The notes under the pieces: model-generated
What the model was told of the DNA's origin: nothing
What the model saw: the letters and a program-made list of their open reading frames with translations, nothing else
The model's database searches: none
In this document: piece after piece, positions 38,524 through 46,500 of the stretch
How the letters are laid out: the number at the start of each line of letters is the position of its first letter
How positions within the stretch are numbered: position 1 is the first letter of the stretch
DNA from: Parcubacteria bacterium C7867-008
GTDB lineage: Bacteria > Patescibacteriota > Minisyncoccia > Phycocordibacterales > Phycocordibacteraceae
Direction of reading: 5' to 3'
NCBI GenBank assembly: GCA_001189215.1
Contig: LFCR01000004.1
Span: 162,244 to 226,243 of the forward strand
DNA: 64,000 bases
Translations under genes and position numbers: made by a program

Positions 38524-39123
38524 ATGGATAGAGTTGATGATCTTGCACGTGCCTTCGAGCGATTCCCGGGTATTGGCCCCCGGCAAGCTAAGCGCTTTGT
38601 ATATCACCTGCTCAGCACGAATGTGAATGATCGTAATCGATTAGCAGATCTTATCGCTCGTATAGGAGACAGCGTTGCCCAGTGTCAGGAGTGCATGCGG
38701 TACTGGAGTGGGTCAGGTGACCTCTGTATTTATTGTGCAGATCGTTCTCGTGACGACTCCATACTTATGGTGGTGGAGAAGGATCAGGATCTTGCAGCTA
38801 TTGAACGTACCGGCGCATATCGTGGGCGCTATTTTGTACTTGGTGGTGTACTTACTCTTTCAGGCAAAGGAGCAATACGTGAAGCTGATCTTATTCAGCG
38901 TGTAGAGCGACGAAGTCATGAGGGACTACAGGAAATCATTCTTGCACTCTCTGCTACCAGTGAAGGCGAGCATACTGCAGATCATCTACGGGAACGACTC
39001 TCACCACTACGTGAGCATGTGAAGTTAACGGTGCTTGGTCGGGGTCTCGCTACCGGTTCTGAGCTTGAATACGCAGACTCTCCTACCCTCTCAAGTGCGT
39101 TACAGAATCGTAAGGAAACCTAG
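38524..39123 (+). CDS. recR: Recombination mediator RecR
   Basis: FPGIGPRQAKR, C4 zinc finger, Toprim domain, ELEYAD. Confidence 0.94.
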   Translation: MDRVDDLARAFERFPGIGPRQAKRFVYHLLSTNVNDRNRLADLIARIGDSVAQCQECMRYWSGSGDLCIYCADRSRDDSILMVVEKDQDLAAIERTGAYRGRYFVLGGVLTLSGKGAIREADLIQRVERRSHEGLQEIILALSATSEGEHTADHLRERLSPLREHVKLTVLGRGLATGSELEYADSPTLSSALQNRKET

Positions 39124-40007
39124 TGGCGAGTAGGAAACTGCTCGCGTGTTTGATTAAAGATTTCTAGACGCACCGGATCATCTATAAGTCCTCGAGGTGG
39201 TATGCCTTGTTTCTCAACCTGTACTCGTTGAATAGCTGCATACGCTTGTTTGTATACCTGAGCTGTTTCAAATTTCCCAAGATGGACCGCGTATTGTTGC
39301 ATTCTGAATAACTGGAAACCAATCTGATCAACAATAGCTCGTTGCACAGGATGTATGCCAAGCGCTTTATTATTGTTGGCCATCCAGAGTCCTGCTAACT
39401 CCTCCACTACGGGTTGGCCAATACCTACCACCGTTCGTGCAACATTTAGCCGAGGAGCCAGGTCCGTTGAATCCTGATTTCGGTAGTAATCAATAGAGCC
39501 TAACTTGCCTCGTTCTATTTCATTTCGTATAGCAGTTATCTTCTTATCTATTCCGCTGGTACCAAATGTAACGTCCACAGCGAGAGCAAGTACTTCTGAA
39601 TCTTGGCCTGGCATATTCCACTCCACAACCATATCTACCTTGTTTACGAAGTCATCGTAGCGTGCACTACGCAGCGTGCTCGCGTTACTCCCCAACCACT
39701 CGCCCAGTTCTGACTGCATAAGCATAATTGCCTCAAAGGTATCCGCAATCTTCTTAGAATTAGCTTCGGTAACAGATCGTTCACTATTGAATTTGCGTTC
39801 AAGACGATCGGCGAGTGCAATATCACTTTGTACACGCGCTGTACCATACTTCTGTATGAAATCTTTCTCCTGAATTACATATTCGGGGCTAGTTAGGACT
39901 TCTGCTTGCGCACGCTCATAGGCGCTTTCCATGAGTGGAGAAAGTTCAACGCGTCGCTCGCGTTTAGCATCAATTGCATGTATGAGCCTAGCCTCAGGGT
40001 TATACAT
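39120..40007 (-). CDS. Hypothetical protein, possible PD-(D/E)XK-like fold
   Basis: E...YDD...VD...AVDVT pattern; ATG 6 nt after TATACT. Confidence 0.7.
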   Translation of the reverse strand: MYNPEARLIHAIDAKRERRVELSPLMESAYERAQAEVLTSPEYVIQEKDFIQKYGTARVQSDIALADRLERKFNSERSVTEANSKKIADTFEAIMLMQSELGEWLGSNASTLRSARYDDFVNKVDMVVEWNMPGQDSEVLALAVDVTFGTSGIDKKITAIRNEIERGKLGSIDYYRNQDSTDLAPRLNVARTVVGIGQPVVEELAGLWMANNNKALGIHPVQRAIVDQIGFQLFRMQQYAVHLGKFETAQVYKQAYAAIQRVQVEKQGIPPRGLIDDPVRLEIFNQTREQFPTRH

Positions 40008-40025
40008 GGTTGTAGTATACGGCAC

Positions 40026-40062
40026 AAAGAAAGAAGCCCGCATCTCGCGGGCTTCTTTCTTT
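40026..40062 (-). terminator. rplU terminator
   Basis: AAAGAAAGAAGCCCGC/GCGGGCTTCTTTCTTT. Confidence 0.8.
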
Positions 40063-40065
40063 TAA

Positions 40066-40392
40066 TTATCCGATCGAATCGATCTTAACTTTCACGTGTG
40101 GCTGACGATGACCACGACGCTTGAGGTATCGACTCTTTGCCTTGTATTTCACGACGTCTACTTTCTTTGCGCGTCCTACTACGGAAACGGTTCCTGTTAC
40201 AGAAGCACCCTTTACGAGTGGTGCACCGACGTTCGTAGTCTTACCATCATCCGTAAGGAGGACCTGGTCGAATACGATAGAATCGCCTTTCTTGGTATCT
40301 ACCGGTCCACGGGCAAGCTTCTCAATGGTAATGACGGAGCCTGGGGCAACGACATACTGCTTCCCTCCGGTCTTAATAACGGCGTACTGCAT
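40066..40392 (-). CDS. rplU: 50S ribosomal protein L21
   Basis: YAVIKTGGKQY, GAPLVKGA, GHRQ. Confidence 0.97.
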   Translation of the reverse strand: MQYAVIKTGGKQYVVAPGSVITIEKLARGPVDTKKGDSIVFDQVLLTDDGKTTNVGAPLVKGASVTGTVSVVGRAKKVDVVKYKAKSRYLKRRGHRQPHVKVKIDSIG

Positions 40393-40420
40393 ATAAAGGC
40401 CATACTAGGCTATTTTCCAT

Positions 40421-40452
40421 AAAACGCAAGGCCGCCCGGGAACCGGGCGGCC
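40421..40452 (-). terminator. Terminator of small orphan
   Basis: GGCCGCCCGG/CCGGGCGGCC with T-rich tail on minus strand. Confidence 0.7.
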
Positions 40453-40461
40453 AATCAGGCC

Positions 40462-40674
40462 TTAGGCGAGCTTGCAGACATGGATTCGGTAGCAAGAGGT
40501 GGGCGAAACCTGAATAACCGGCCTATCTAAAGCGCGTATAGGGTGTACTTCCTGGGAGACATGGGGATGCGGTGGTCCCATTTTAACCAGCAGGAAGATG
40601 AGGCACACGGCCCCTAAAGCAAGGGCCAGGACCGTAAGTAGCGGCGTGAAGTCACGCCTTACTTTTTTGATCAT
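40462..40674 (-). CDS. Small single-TM orphan protein
   Basis: SD GGAG; TTGAAC-N16-TACAGT at 40757-40730; 70 aa. Confidence 0.6.
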   Translation of the reverse strand: MIKKVRRDFTPLLTVLALALGAVCLIFLLVKMGPPHPHVSQEVHPIRALDRPVIQVSPTSCYRIHVCKLA

Positions 40675-40753
40675 GACGAGGTACTCCAACTTGAGACGCG
40701 GCAAGCCGCAGACACTCCCTTCTTCCTTAACTGTATACCCCTTTGAACTATGT

Positions 40754-41818
40754 TCAATCCTCGTCGGTGCCTGGCTTATCAAGTACGAGTGGCTCCAACC
40801 CTATCTTTACACCATCTATTCTAAATACATCTTTCTCTATCTTTCCAAGTTCCTTAGAACCGGCGTTGTAATGGGAGACAGCAGTACCCAGTGCGTTACC
40901 AAGCTTCTTATAGAATTCCTCGTACGAACCAATGTGCTTACCGAGCTCACCCACACGCTTCTGAATCTCTACTGCTTTTTGTTCGATCTCTAGAGCTTTA
41001 AGTCCTTGAAGTACGGTCTGAAGATACGCAAGGAATGATGTTGGAGAAACAATGATGACCTTGTATTTGGACGCGGCGCGTTGAATGAGATTCTCTTCAT
41101 CTCCCCCTCCAACACTGTTAACCAGGAGATCGTAATAGATACCTTCTGATGGAATGAACATAAAGGCAAAATCCATAGTTCCCTCTGCGGGGCGAATGTA
41201 TTTAGCCGTCTCCGTGATACGAAGCTTGAGATCATTCACAAAGGCTTTTTCAAGATTGATACGCTCGGTACTTCCCTCTTTGGCATGGATGAAACGGTTG
41301 TAATTCTCAAGAGAGAATTTTGAGTCTACCGGCACTATCTTGTCGTTTACGAAAATAACGGCATCTACGATCTCACCATTTGCAAATGGATACTGAATCT
41401 TATACATACCTGGTGCCATCACATTCTTGAGCACTGCTTCAAGATAGTACTCACCGAGCACACCACGCTGCTTTGGATTCTTGAGCACATCTTGAAGAGA
41501 TTGAAGCTGCTCTGCAAAGCTCTGAGTTTGTCGTCCGATCTCCTTTACTGAAGTGATCTCCTCAGTGATTTCACGTATGAGTTTGGAAGATTCTCCGAGC
41601 TGTACACGCATAGTCTCATGTACCTGCTTAGAAGATTCATTCATGCGCGCATCAAGGGTACGTTCCATCTTCTCAAGTTGGTTCTGAAGAAGGAGCATGC
41701 CAGAGGTGTCATCTTTTGGAAGACGATTCTTTTCGTTCTGACGCATGCTGAGCCAGAGTCCGATTCCTTGGATAAATACGAGCGCGAGCACAATGAGGCC
41801 AATAGCGAGTGGGTCCAT
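40754..41818 (-). CDS. rmuC: DNA recombination protein RmuC
   Basis: KQRGVLGE, VDSKF, TMDFAFMFIPSEGIY, SPTS. Confidence 0.93.
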   Translation of the reverse strand: MDPLAIGLIVLALVFIQGIGLWLSMRQNEKNRLPKDDTSGMLLLQNQLEKMERTLDARMNESSKQVHETMRVQLGESSKLIREITEEITSVKEIGRQTQSFAEQLQSLQDVLKNPKQRGVLGEYYLEAVLKNVMAPGMYKIQYPFANGEIVDAVIFVNDKIVPVDSKFSLENYNRFIHAKEGSTERINLEKAFVNDLKLRITETAKYIRPAEGTMDFAFMFIPSEGIYYDLLVNSVGGGDEENLIQRAASKYKVIIVSPTSFLAYLQTVLQGLKALEIEQKAVEIQKRVGELGKHIGSYEEFYKKLGNALGTAVSHYNAGSKELGKIEKDVFRIDGVKIGLEPLVLDKPGTDED

Positions 41819-41884
41819 GGAGTAATTATACGATGGTGTCCCTAGAGTACGCTATCGAACAGGTGGCTATGCTACACTCTCCCC

Positions 41885-42340
41885 ATGACCCTCCACGAAA
41901 CACTTAAAAAAGGTATTCCTGATGCACTTCGCGCTAAGGACGAAGTACGCCTCCGTACCCTTCGTTCTGTTGTTACCCTTATGACCAACGAAGTGGTTGC
42001 GAAGAAGCGTAAGCCAGATGAATTTCTTACTGATGAGGAAGCCCTTACCGTACTGAAGCGTGCAGCAAACCAGCGTAAGGATTCTATTGAGCAGTTCACG
42101 GCAGGTGGACGTACCGAACTTGCTGAGCCTGAGATAGCAGAACTTGAAGTGATCAACTCATTTCTCCCCACCCTCATGACTCGTGAGGAGATCGAACCGA
42201 TTGTAAAAGCAAAGATTGCTGAGCTAGGAGTATCTGATAAATCAGGTGCAGGAAAACTCACTGGTTCCCTTATGCAGGAACTTAAAGGTAAAGCAGACGG
42301 TGGTGATGTGAAGGCAGTGGTAGACGCACTCCTTTCATAA
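41885..42340 (+). CDS. GatB/YqeY domain protein
   Basis: ALRAKDEVRL, QRKDSIEQF..GGR.ELA, KGKADG. Confidence 0.9.
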   Translation: MTLHETLKKGIPDALRAKDEVRLRTLRSVVTLMTNEVVAKKRKPDEFLTDEEALTVLKRAANQRKDSIEQFTAGGRTELAEPEIAELEVINSFLPTLMTREEIEPIVKAKIAELGVSDKSGAGKLTGSLMQELKGKADGGDVKAVVDALLS

Positions 42341-42406
42341 TCCTTTGACTTTCAGTGCACGGGCACTATGATACCGACAGGTACCCACAGTAATGGAGAG
42401 TGAAGG

Positions 42407-42778
42407 GTGACCAGGTTCATTTCGTTCAATGAAGTCGCTCGATACGAGATTCAAGTTGGCATCAAACACGCAAGCACAAGGCATCGTCTGTTATTTAGCT
42501 TGGACGAAGACAAAGTCCGCAGAATCGCGAACCGAGCCGGCAAGAACATGCACGACAGGCACTGGGAGGCCAGACGTGCAATACCGGAAGCGATTGAAGC
42601 AGTACTGGCACCTGAATCACGCCGTGGTGCATATGCAACCGCATATAGCTCCGCCGTGTCGAAGATCTTCAGTGATAGGAGCGCAAAAGCGCGAAGACAG
42701 GCTGCACAGCGGCGACGGGAAGCCAACATGCCTGTTCGACCCGCACAACAACTCCACTTCCGATTCGTTCTGGACTGA
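42407..42778 (+). CDS. Basic hypothetical protein (orphan)
   Basis: TTGACT-N16-TATGAT at 42345-42372, GGAG, terminator at 42798-42830. Confidence 0.7.
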   Translation: MTRFISFNEVARYEIQVGIKHASTRHRLLFSLDEDKVRRIANRAGKNMHDRHWEARRAIPEAIEAVLAPESRRGAYATAYSSAVSKIFSDRSAKARRQAAQRRREANMPVRPAQQLHFRFVLD

Positions 42779-42797
42779 CGCATGCGAGGGGAGAATT

Positions 42798-42830
42798 GAG
42801 GGCCGCTGTCTTTTGGACGGCGGCCTTTCT
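42798..42830 (+). terminator. Intrinsic terminator
   Basis: GAGGGCCGCTGTC...GACGGCGGCCTTT. Confidence 0.72.
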
Positions 42831-42847
42831 CGTACTAGAGTGGAGTA

Positions 42848-43663
42848 ATGCAGAAGTATGTAGTGCTAAATAAGAAGATTGGGCAAACCCCACTTGAAAC
42901 CATTCAGGCGTGGAAGATGTCTAATCCTACCTATATAGATACCCCAGCAACCTATGCTGGTCGCCTGGACCCTATGGCAAGTGGTCTCCTATTGGTTCTT
43001 TTTGGAGATGAGTGCAAGAAGAAAGATGCATACCTAGGACTCGATAAGGAGTACGAAGTAGAGATTGTTCTTGACCTCTCTAGTGACACAGGAGATGTGC
43101 TCGGTCTTATCTCTGAGACTGATACATACACCACTCCGTCATCTGTAGAAGTACAGGCTTCATGTGCAAAAGAGATTGGTGCACACACCCTTCCCTACCC
43201 CTCATACTCTTCCAAAACTGTAGACGGAGTTCCTCTGTTTCTCCATGCACTGCGAGACACATTGAACACCATTGATATCCCTACCCATACAGAAACTATT
43301 CATTCCATAAAACTGAAATCTGTTTCAACTATCTCAAGCGTAGACTTACATAAACGAATTAAGGAAATACTTACTGCTGCACCTCATTCAGATGAACCAT
43401 CTAAAGAACTGGGCGCTGATTTCCGGATTCATGCCGTACGGAATTCTTGGGGTACGGTATTCGTTAAACCTGAAAGATCGTTCACAGTGATTCATTTGCG
43501 TGTGGTTTGTGGATCAGGTGCATATATGCGTACTCTCGCTGAACGCATTGGCACTTCATTGGGTACACACGCCCTAGCACTTTCTATACATCGCACTAGT
43601 GTTGGTATCTATAAAAAGATTGGCCCCCTAGCATTTTGGACAAAGAACTTCAAACTTCCCTAG
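42848..43663 (+). CDS. truB: TruB-like pseudouridine synthase
   Basis: AGRLDPMASGLL, KEY, SDTGD..G, PSYSSK, CGSGAYMRTLA. Confidence 0.82.
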   Translation: MQKYVVLNKKIGQTPLETIQAWKMSNPTYIDTPATYAGRLDPMASGLLLVLFGDECKKKDAYLGLDKEYEVEIVLDLSSDTGDVLGLISETDTYTTPSSVEVQASCAKEIGAHTLPYPSYSSKTVDGVPLFLHALRDTLNTIDIPTHTETIHSIKLKSVSTISSVDLHKRIKEILTAAPHSDEPSKELGADFRIHAVRNSWGTVFVKPERSFTVIHLRVVCGSGAYMRTLAERIGTSLGTHALALSIHRTSVGIYKKIGPLAFWTKNFKLP

Positions 43664-43665
43664 TA

Positions 43666-43694
43666 TTGACAATTTAAGTAATTGTTGTTAATAT
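43666..43694 (+). promoter_or_regulatory. Sigma70-type promoter
   Basis: TTGACA-N17-TAATAT, 2 nt after the truB stop. Confidence 0.7.
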
Positions 43695-43729
43695 AGTTTC
43701 AGAATATTCCTCCTGTAGAAAGAACCGTC

Positions 43730-43891
43730 ATGAGCATAGTGCCTCAAGGAATGGTTTCTCTCGACGACTGGCTGACGCGATTCATTATCGCAATTGGCTG
43801 CATCGCCCTCGTGTGGACTCCAATATATCTATGGGGTGCATACAAAGAATATCGAGAGCGTGTTCGAAAGAGACCCTCGAAGAAACTCTAA
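43730..43891 (+). CDS. 53-aa single-TM peptide (not in ORF track)
   Basis: MSIVPQGMVSLDDWLTRFIIAIGCIALVWTPIYLWGAYKEYRERVRKRPSKKL; own promoter; hairpin at 43901-43924. Confidence 0.6.
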   Translation: MSIVPQGMVSLDDWLTRFIIAIGCIALVWTPIYLWGAYKEYRERVRKRPSKKL

Positions 43892-43937
43892 CCGCCCACC
43901 GCCCCCGGACATCTGTCTGGGGGTTATCGTTTGTCTT

Positions 43938-43966
43938 TTGACCAACCATACAAATAATTGTATATT
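43938..43966 (+). promoter_or_regulatory. Sigma70-type promoter of radical SAM gene
   Basis: TTGACC-N17-TATATT; SD GAGGA at 43991. Confidence 0.7.
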
Positions 43967-44003
43967 CACAGCGGACGTTTTTCACAACCAGAGGATATGG
44001 TCC

Positions 44004-45875
44004 ATGAGACTCATAGCAATCATCGTGATGCTTCTGTCCATGGTCAACGTGGATGTGAGCTGGGCAAAAGACAAGCCAATCGGCGGCCTCTGTGGAGGCG
44101 CCTATGTCGGCTCCAACACCTGCGTATGGAATGAGGACACTCATGAGTGGACCGAAACATACGTGGGCTGGGACAACTGGGAGTGGCAGACTATCGCCAA
44201 CCAGCCAGAACTTGCTCCGGCTATCCGTCGGATGCATCTCCCCCGGCAGGTGCCGGTTGAGAAGAGATACTCGATCAGTCTGAATACCAAAGCGTGTTTG
44301 AAGCCGGAGTATCATCTCCTTCTCGGCGCTGCGGTTATGCCTTCGAACCGAAAGCCAATTGCGACCACGCGTCGTGTGGTGATCATAAATGTTGAAGGCG
44401 GAGACTGGCCTGAAGAATCCCGCATCTGGCCGCATCTGGGTATCAATTACGTGGGGACGGTCGCAAAACAGGAAGGCTTCGACGTCGTTCTGTACGACGA
44501 GCTTATTCAGAGGCGCAAGCCGCTGGAAGAACTTATTCGTCCCGGCGACATCGTCGGCCTCAGCCTTGTCAGCACCGGCATCGAACGTGGCGTCCTCGTC
44601 GCGCAAGAAGCTAAGGCACTTGGTGCCCGCTACGTTATCGCTGGAAACGACTCGGCGATGTTCCGTGCCCGGCAGCTCCTCGAGCTTCCTGACCGGCCCA
44701 TCGACGCCGTCTTCACCAGCAACAGCGTCGTGACACTCCGGGAGTTCTTCCGAAATGCAGACGCGGTGATCGCAGGTTCGATGCAGATCGAGCAAGTGGC
44801 AACCGCACCTGAACAAGTGCCGTACGTCTCCAACGAACACGCAGGTGTTGCGGTGGAGCGTAAGGCATACACCGAAGAAGACTTCTTCTTGGTCCCAAAC
44901 CTCTCACTCTTCAGCGACGAGTACTGGGAGCTGGTTCGAACTGCGTATCGTTCGCAGTTCGGACACAAGCACCAAGACCCTGCCAACGTCCGTAATGCCA
45001 TCGCGCTTCTTGCGCAAGGCTGTGGACGCGCCGGAATGGGCGATATCTGCGACTACTGCACCATCCGCCATGTGGCGAATGTGGTGCAGCCGCCCCCGGG
45101 GTATCTAGAGGAGACTCTCGCCACCTATCGGGCACAGGGTGTGAATACCTTCTTCAATGTGACGGACTCAGCCTTTGAGATGGGAGTGCTCGCAAAACAG
45201 CTCGAAGAAGCTGGTCCGGTGGACACACTCATCATCTACGGTAGAGCGCAGGCAATCGCGCAGCGTCCAGACCTCCTTGAACGGTGGAAAGGATGTGTGA
45301 CCGAACGTCTGCTCATCAATTGCGGTATGGACTCAGGAAGTGAGCGTATCCTGCAAACCGGCATCAATAAGTCCGGAAGTAAGGTGGGTTCAAGGCTTGA
45401 AGAGAACTATCGGGCGCTGGCCAACATCAAGGCGGCGGGCCCCAAGGTTCACTTGCACTTCTCTGTTATCTTCGGTTCACCGGGAGAGACGCATGAGTCG
45501 TGCGAGGCTACACTGCATTTCGTGCAGCATGCGATCGACACGCTCGGTGAGCAGCTCGACGTCGTCGAGGGCGATATTTTCTGGGTTAACTTCGGAGCAC
45601 CGTGCAGTGAGATCTTCACGGACTACAAAGCAGCACAGAAGCGCGCTCTGCTTGCTGGGAAGAGTATATCCCGGGACGAGTGGCACCAGTACTTCGCCCG
45701 TCACGCTGATGAGCTTGCCGTGCCGGAGGAATCCCAGCACGCCTGGTACACCTTCTTTACGAGCATCACCATCAAAGAGGCGTGGGCGTACAATGCTCAG
45801 GTCCGTGGCATGCTCGAACAACTACCTGGCCACATCACCGGTCGGAACTATGCGTTCAAGCCACCTACGGTGTGA
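44004..45875 (+). CDS. B12-binding-domain radical SAM protein with N-terminal signal peptide and Trp-rich extension
   Basis: PHLGINYVGT...DIVGLS...VIAG (cobalamin-binding-like); QGCGRAGMGDICDYC; GMDSGSERIL; IFGSPGETHES. Confidence 0.82.
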   Translation: MRLIAIIVMLLSMVNVDVSWAKDKPIGGLCGGAYVGSNTCVWNEDTHEWTETYVGWDNWEWQTIANQPELAPAIRRMHLPRQVPVEKRYSISLNTKACLKPEYHLLLGAAVMPSNRKPIATTRRVVIINVEGGDWPEESRIWPHLGINYVGTVAKQEGFDVVLYDELIQRRKPLEELIRPGDIVGLSLVSTGIERGVLVAQEAKALGARYVIAGNDSAMFRARQLLELPDRPIDAVFTSNSVVTLREFFRNADAVIAGSMQIEQVATAPEQVPYVSNEHAGVAVERKAYTEEDFFLVPNLSLFSDEYWELVRTAYRSQFGHKHQDPANVRNAIALLAQGCGRAGMGDICDYCTIRHVANVVQPPPGYLEETLATYRAQGVNTFFNVTDSAFEMGVLAKQLEEAGPVDTLIIYGRAQAIAQRPDLLERWKGCVTERLLINCGMDSGSERILQTGINKSGSKVGSRLEENYRALANIKAAGPKVHLHFSVIFGSPGETHESCEATLHFVQHAIDTLGEQLDVVEGDIFWVNFGAPCSEIFTDYKAAQKRALLAGKSISRDEWHQYFARHADELAVPEESQHAWYTFFTSITIKEAWAYNAQVRGMLEQLPGHITGRNYAFKPPTV

Positions 45876-45897
45876 TTCGATTCTCTATTAGTTCCTT

Positions 45898-45931
45898 GTC
45901 CCGCGTCTACATGGCGCGGGATTTTCTTTTT
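45898..45931 (+). terminator. Intrinsic terminator
   Basis: GTCCCGCGTC...GGCGCGGGAT then TTTCTTTTT. Confidence 0.75.
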
Positions 45932-45940
45932 ATACTGAAC

Positions 45941-45967
45941 GCAAAAACCGCCTTTCGGCGGTTTTGC
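45941..45967 (-). terminator. tRNA-Glu terminator
   Basis: AAAACCGCC-tttc-GGCGGTTTT. Confidence 0.75.
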
Positions 45968-45972
45968 TCGTG

Positions 45973-46044
45973 TGACCCTACGGGGAATCGAACCCCGATT
46001 TCCTGCGTGAGAGGCGGGCGTCCTAACCGTTAGACGATAGGGCC
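45973..46044 (-). tRNA. tRNA-Glu(CTC)
   Basis: GGCCCTA...CCCGC-CTCTCAC-GCAGG...GGTTCGATTCC...TAGGGTCA; CCA not encoded. Confidence 0.93.
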
Positions 46045-46075
46045 ATGCCTATGGTTATACCAGAGATGAGGGTAC

Positions 46076-46108
46076 AAGAAAAGCGACGCGCTCCCGGGCG
46101 CGTCGCTT
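46076..46108 (-). terminator. Terminator of orphan 46129-46437
   Basis: AAGCGACGCGC...GCGCGTCGCTT with T-run on minus strand. Confidence 0.72.
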
Positions 46109-46128
46109 ACATCTCCTCAAATTGGTGT

Positions 46129-46437
46129 CTAGTTAATCTTGACCACCTGGATGGGCGATACAAAGTACGGGAATCCTTCGAGCCGTAAGGTCCAGGTAGA
46201 AGTTACTTCCAGGATCTTGTGGTTGGTATCTGGCTTTCCCTCGAACGCCACCAGATCCCCAACAGCAAGAGCCTTTCTAATAACGGCGTTATGCCGCTTC
46301 TCATCCGAGGAATCCCCAATGAAGTGTTTGGGAACATTTGCTGCACGCACAACGCTCGTGTGCACTTTCAAACCGAAATTGTGCGATCGACCATTGTCTC
46401 TTCGTACTCTTCGTGCGCCAGAACTCCAGCCTGCCAT
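46129..46437 (-). CDS. Basic hypothetical protein, SH3/KOW-like C-terminus
   Basis: SD GGGGAG, TATAGT upstream; LAVGDLVAF...KILEV...LRLEG...VSP pattern. Confidence 0.65.
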   Translation of the reverse strand: MAGWSSGARRVRRDNGRSHNFGLKVHTSVVRAANVPKHFIGDSSDEKRHNAVIRKALAVGDLVAFEGKPDTNHKILEVTSTWTLRLEGFPYFVSPIQVVKIN

Positions 46438-46500
46438 TGTGAAATTCTCCCCTACTAACCTAAAGCGCACTATACTCCCCTTTTTCTGTTTGTATAGAAG

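Noticed and set aside
43794-44003. ORF-track N-terminal extension of the radical SAM protein
   Set aside because: It crosses a separate small ORF, a hairpin and the promoter at 43938-43966; ATG 44004 has the SD.
43785-44840. 351-aa antisense ORF over the radical SAM gene
   Set aside because: Antisense shadow with no motifs or expression signals.
43660-46044. tRNA-Glu-anchored integrative element
   Set aside because: No integrase and no duplicated tRNA 3' end found at the far side; the same holds for tRNA-Tyr.
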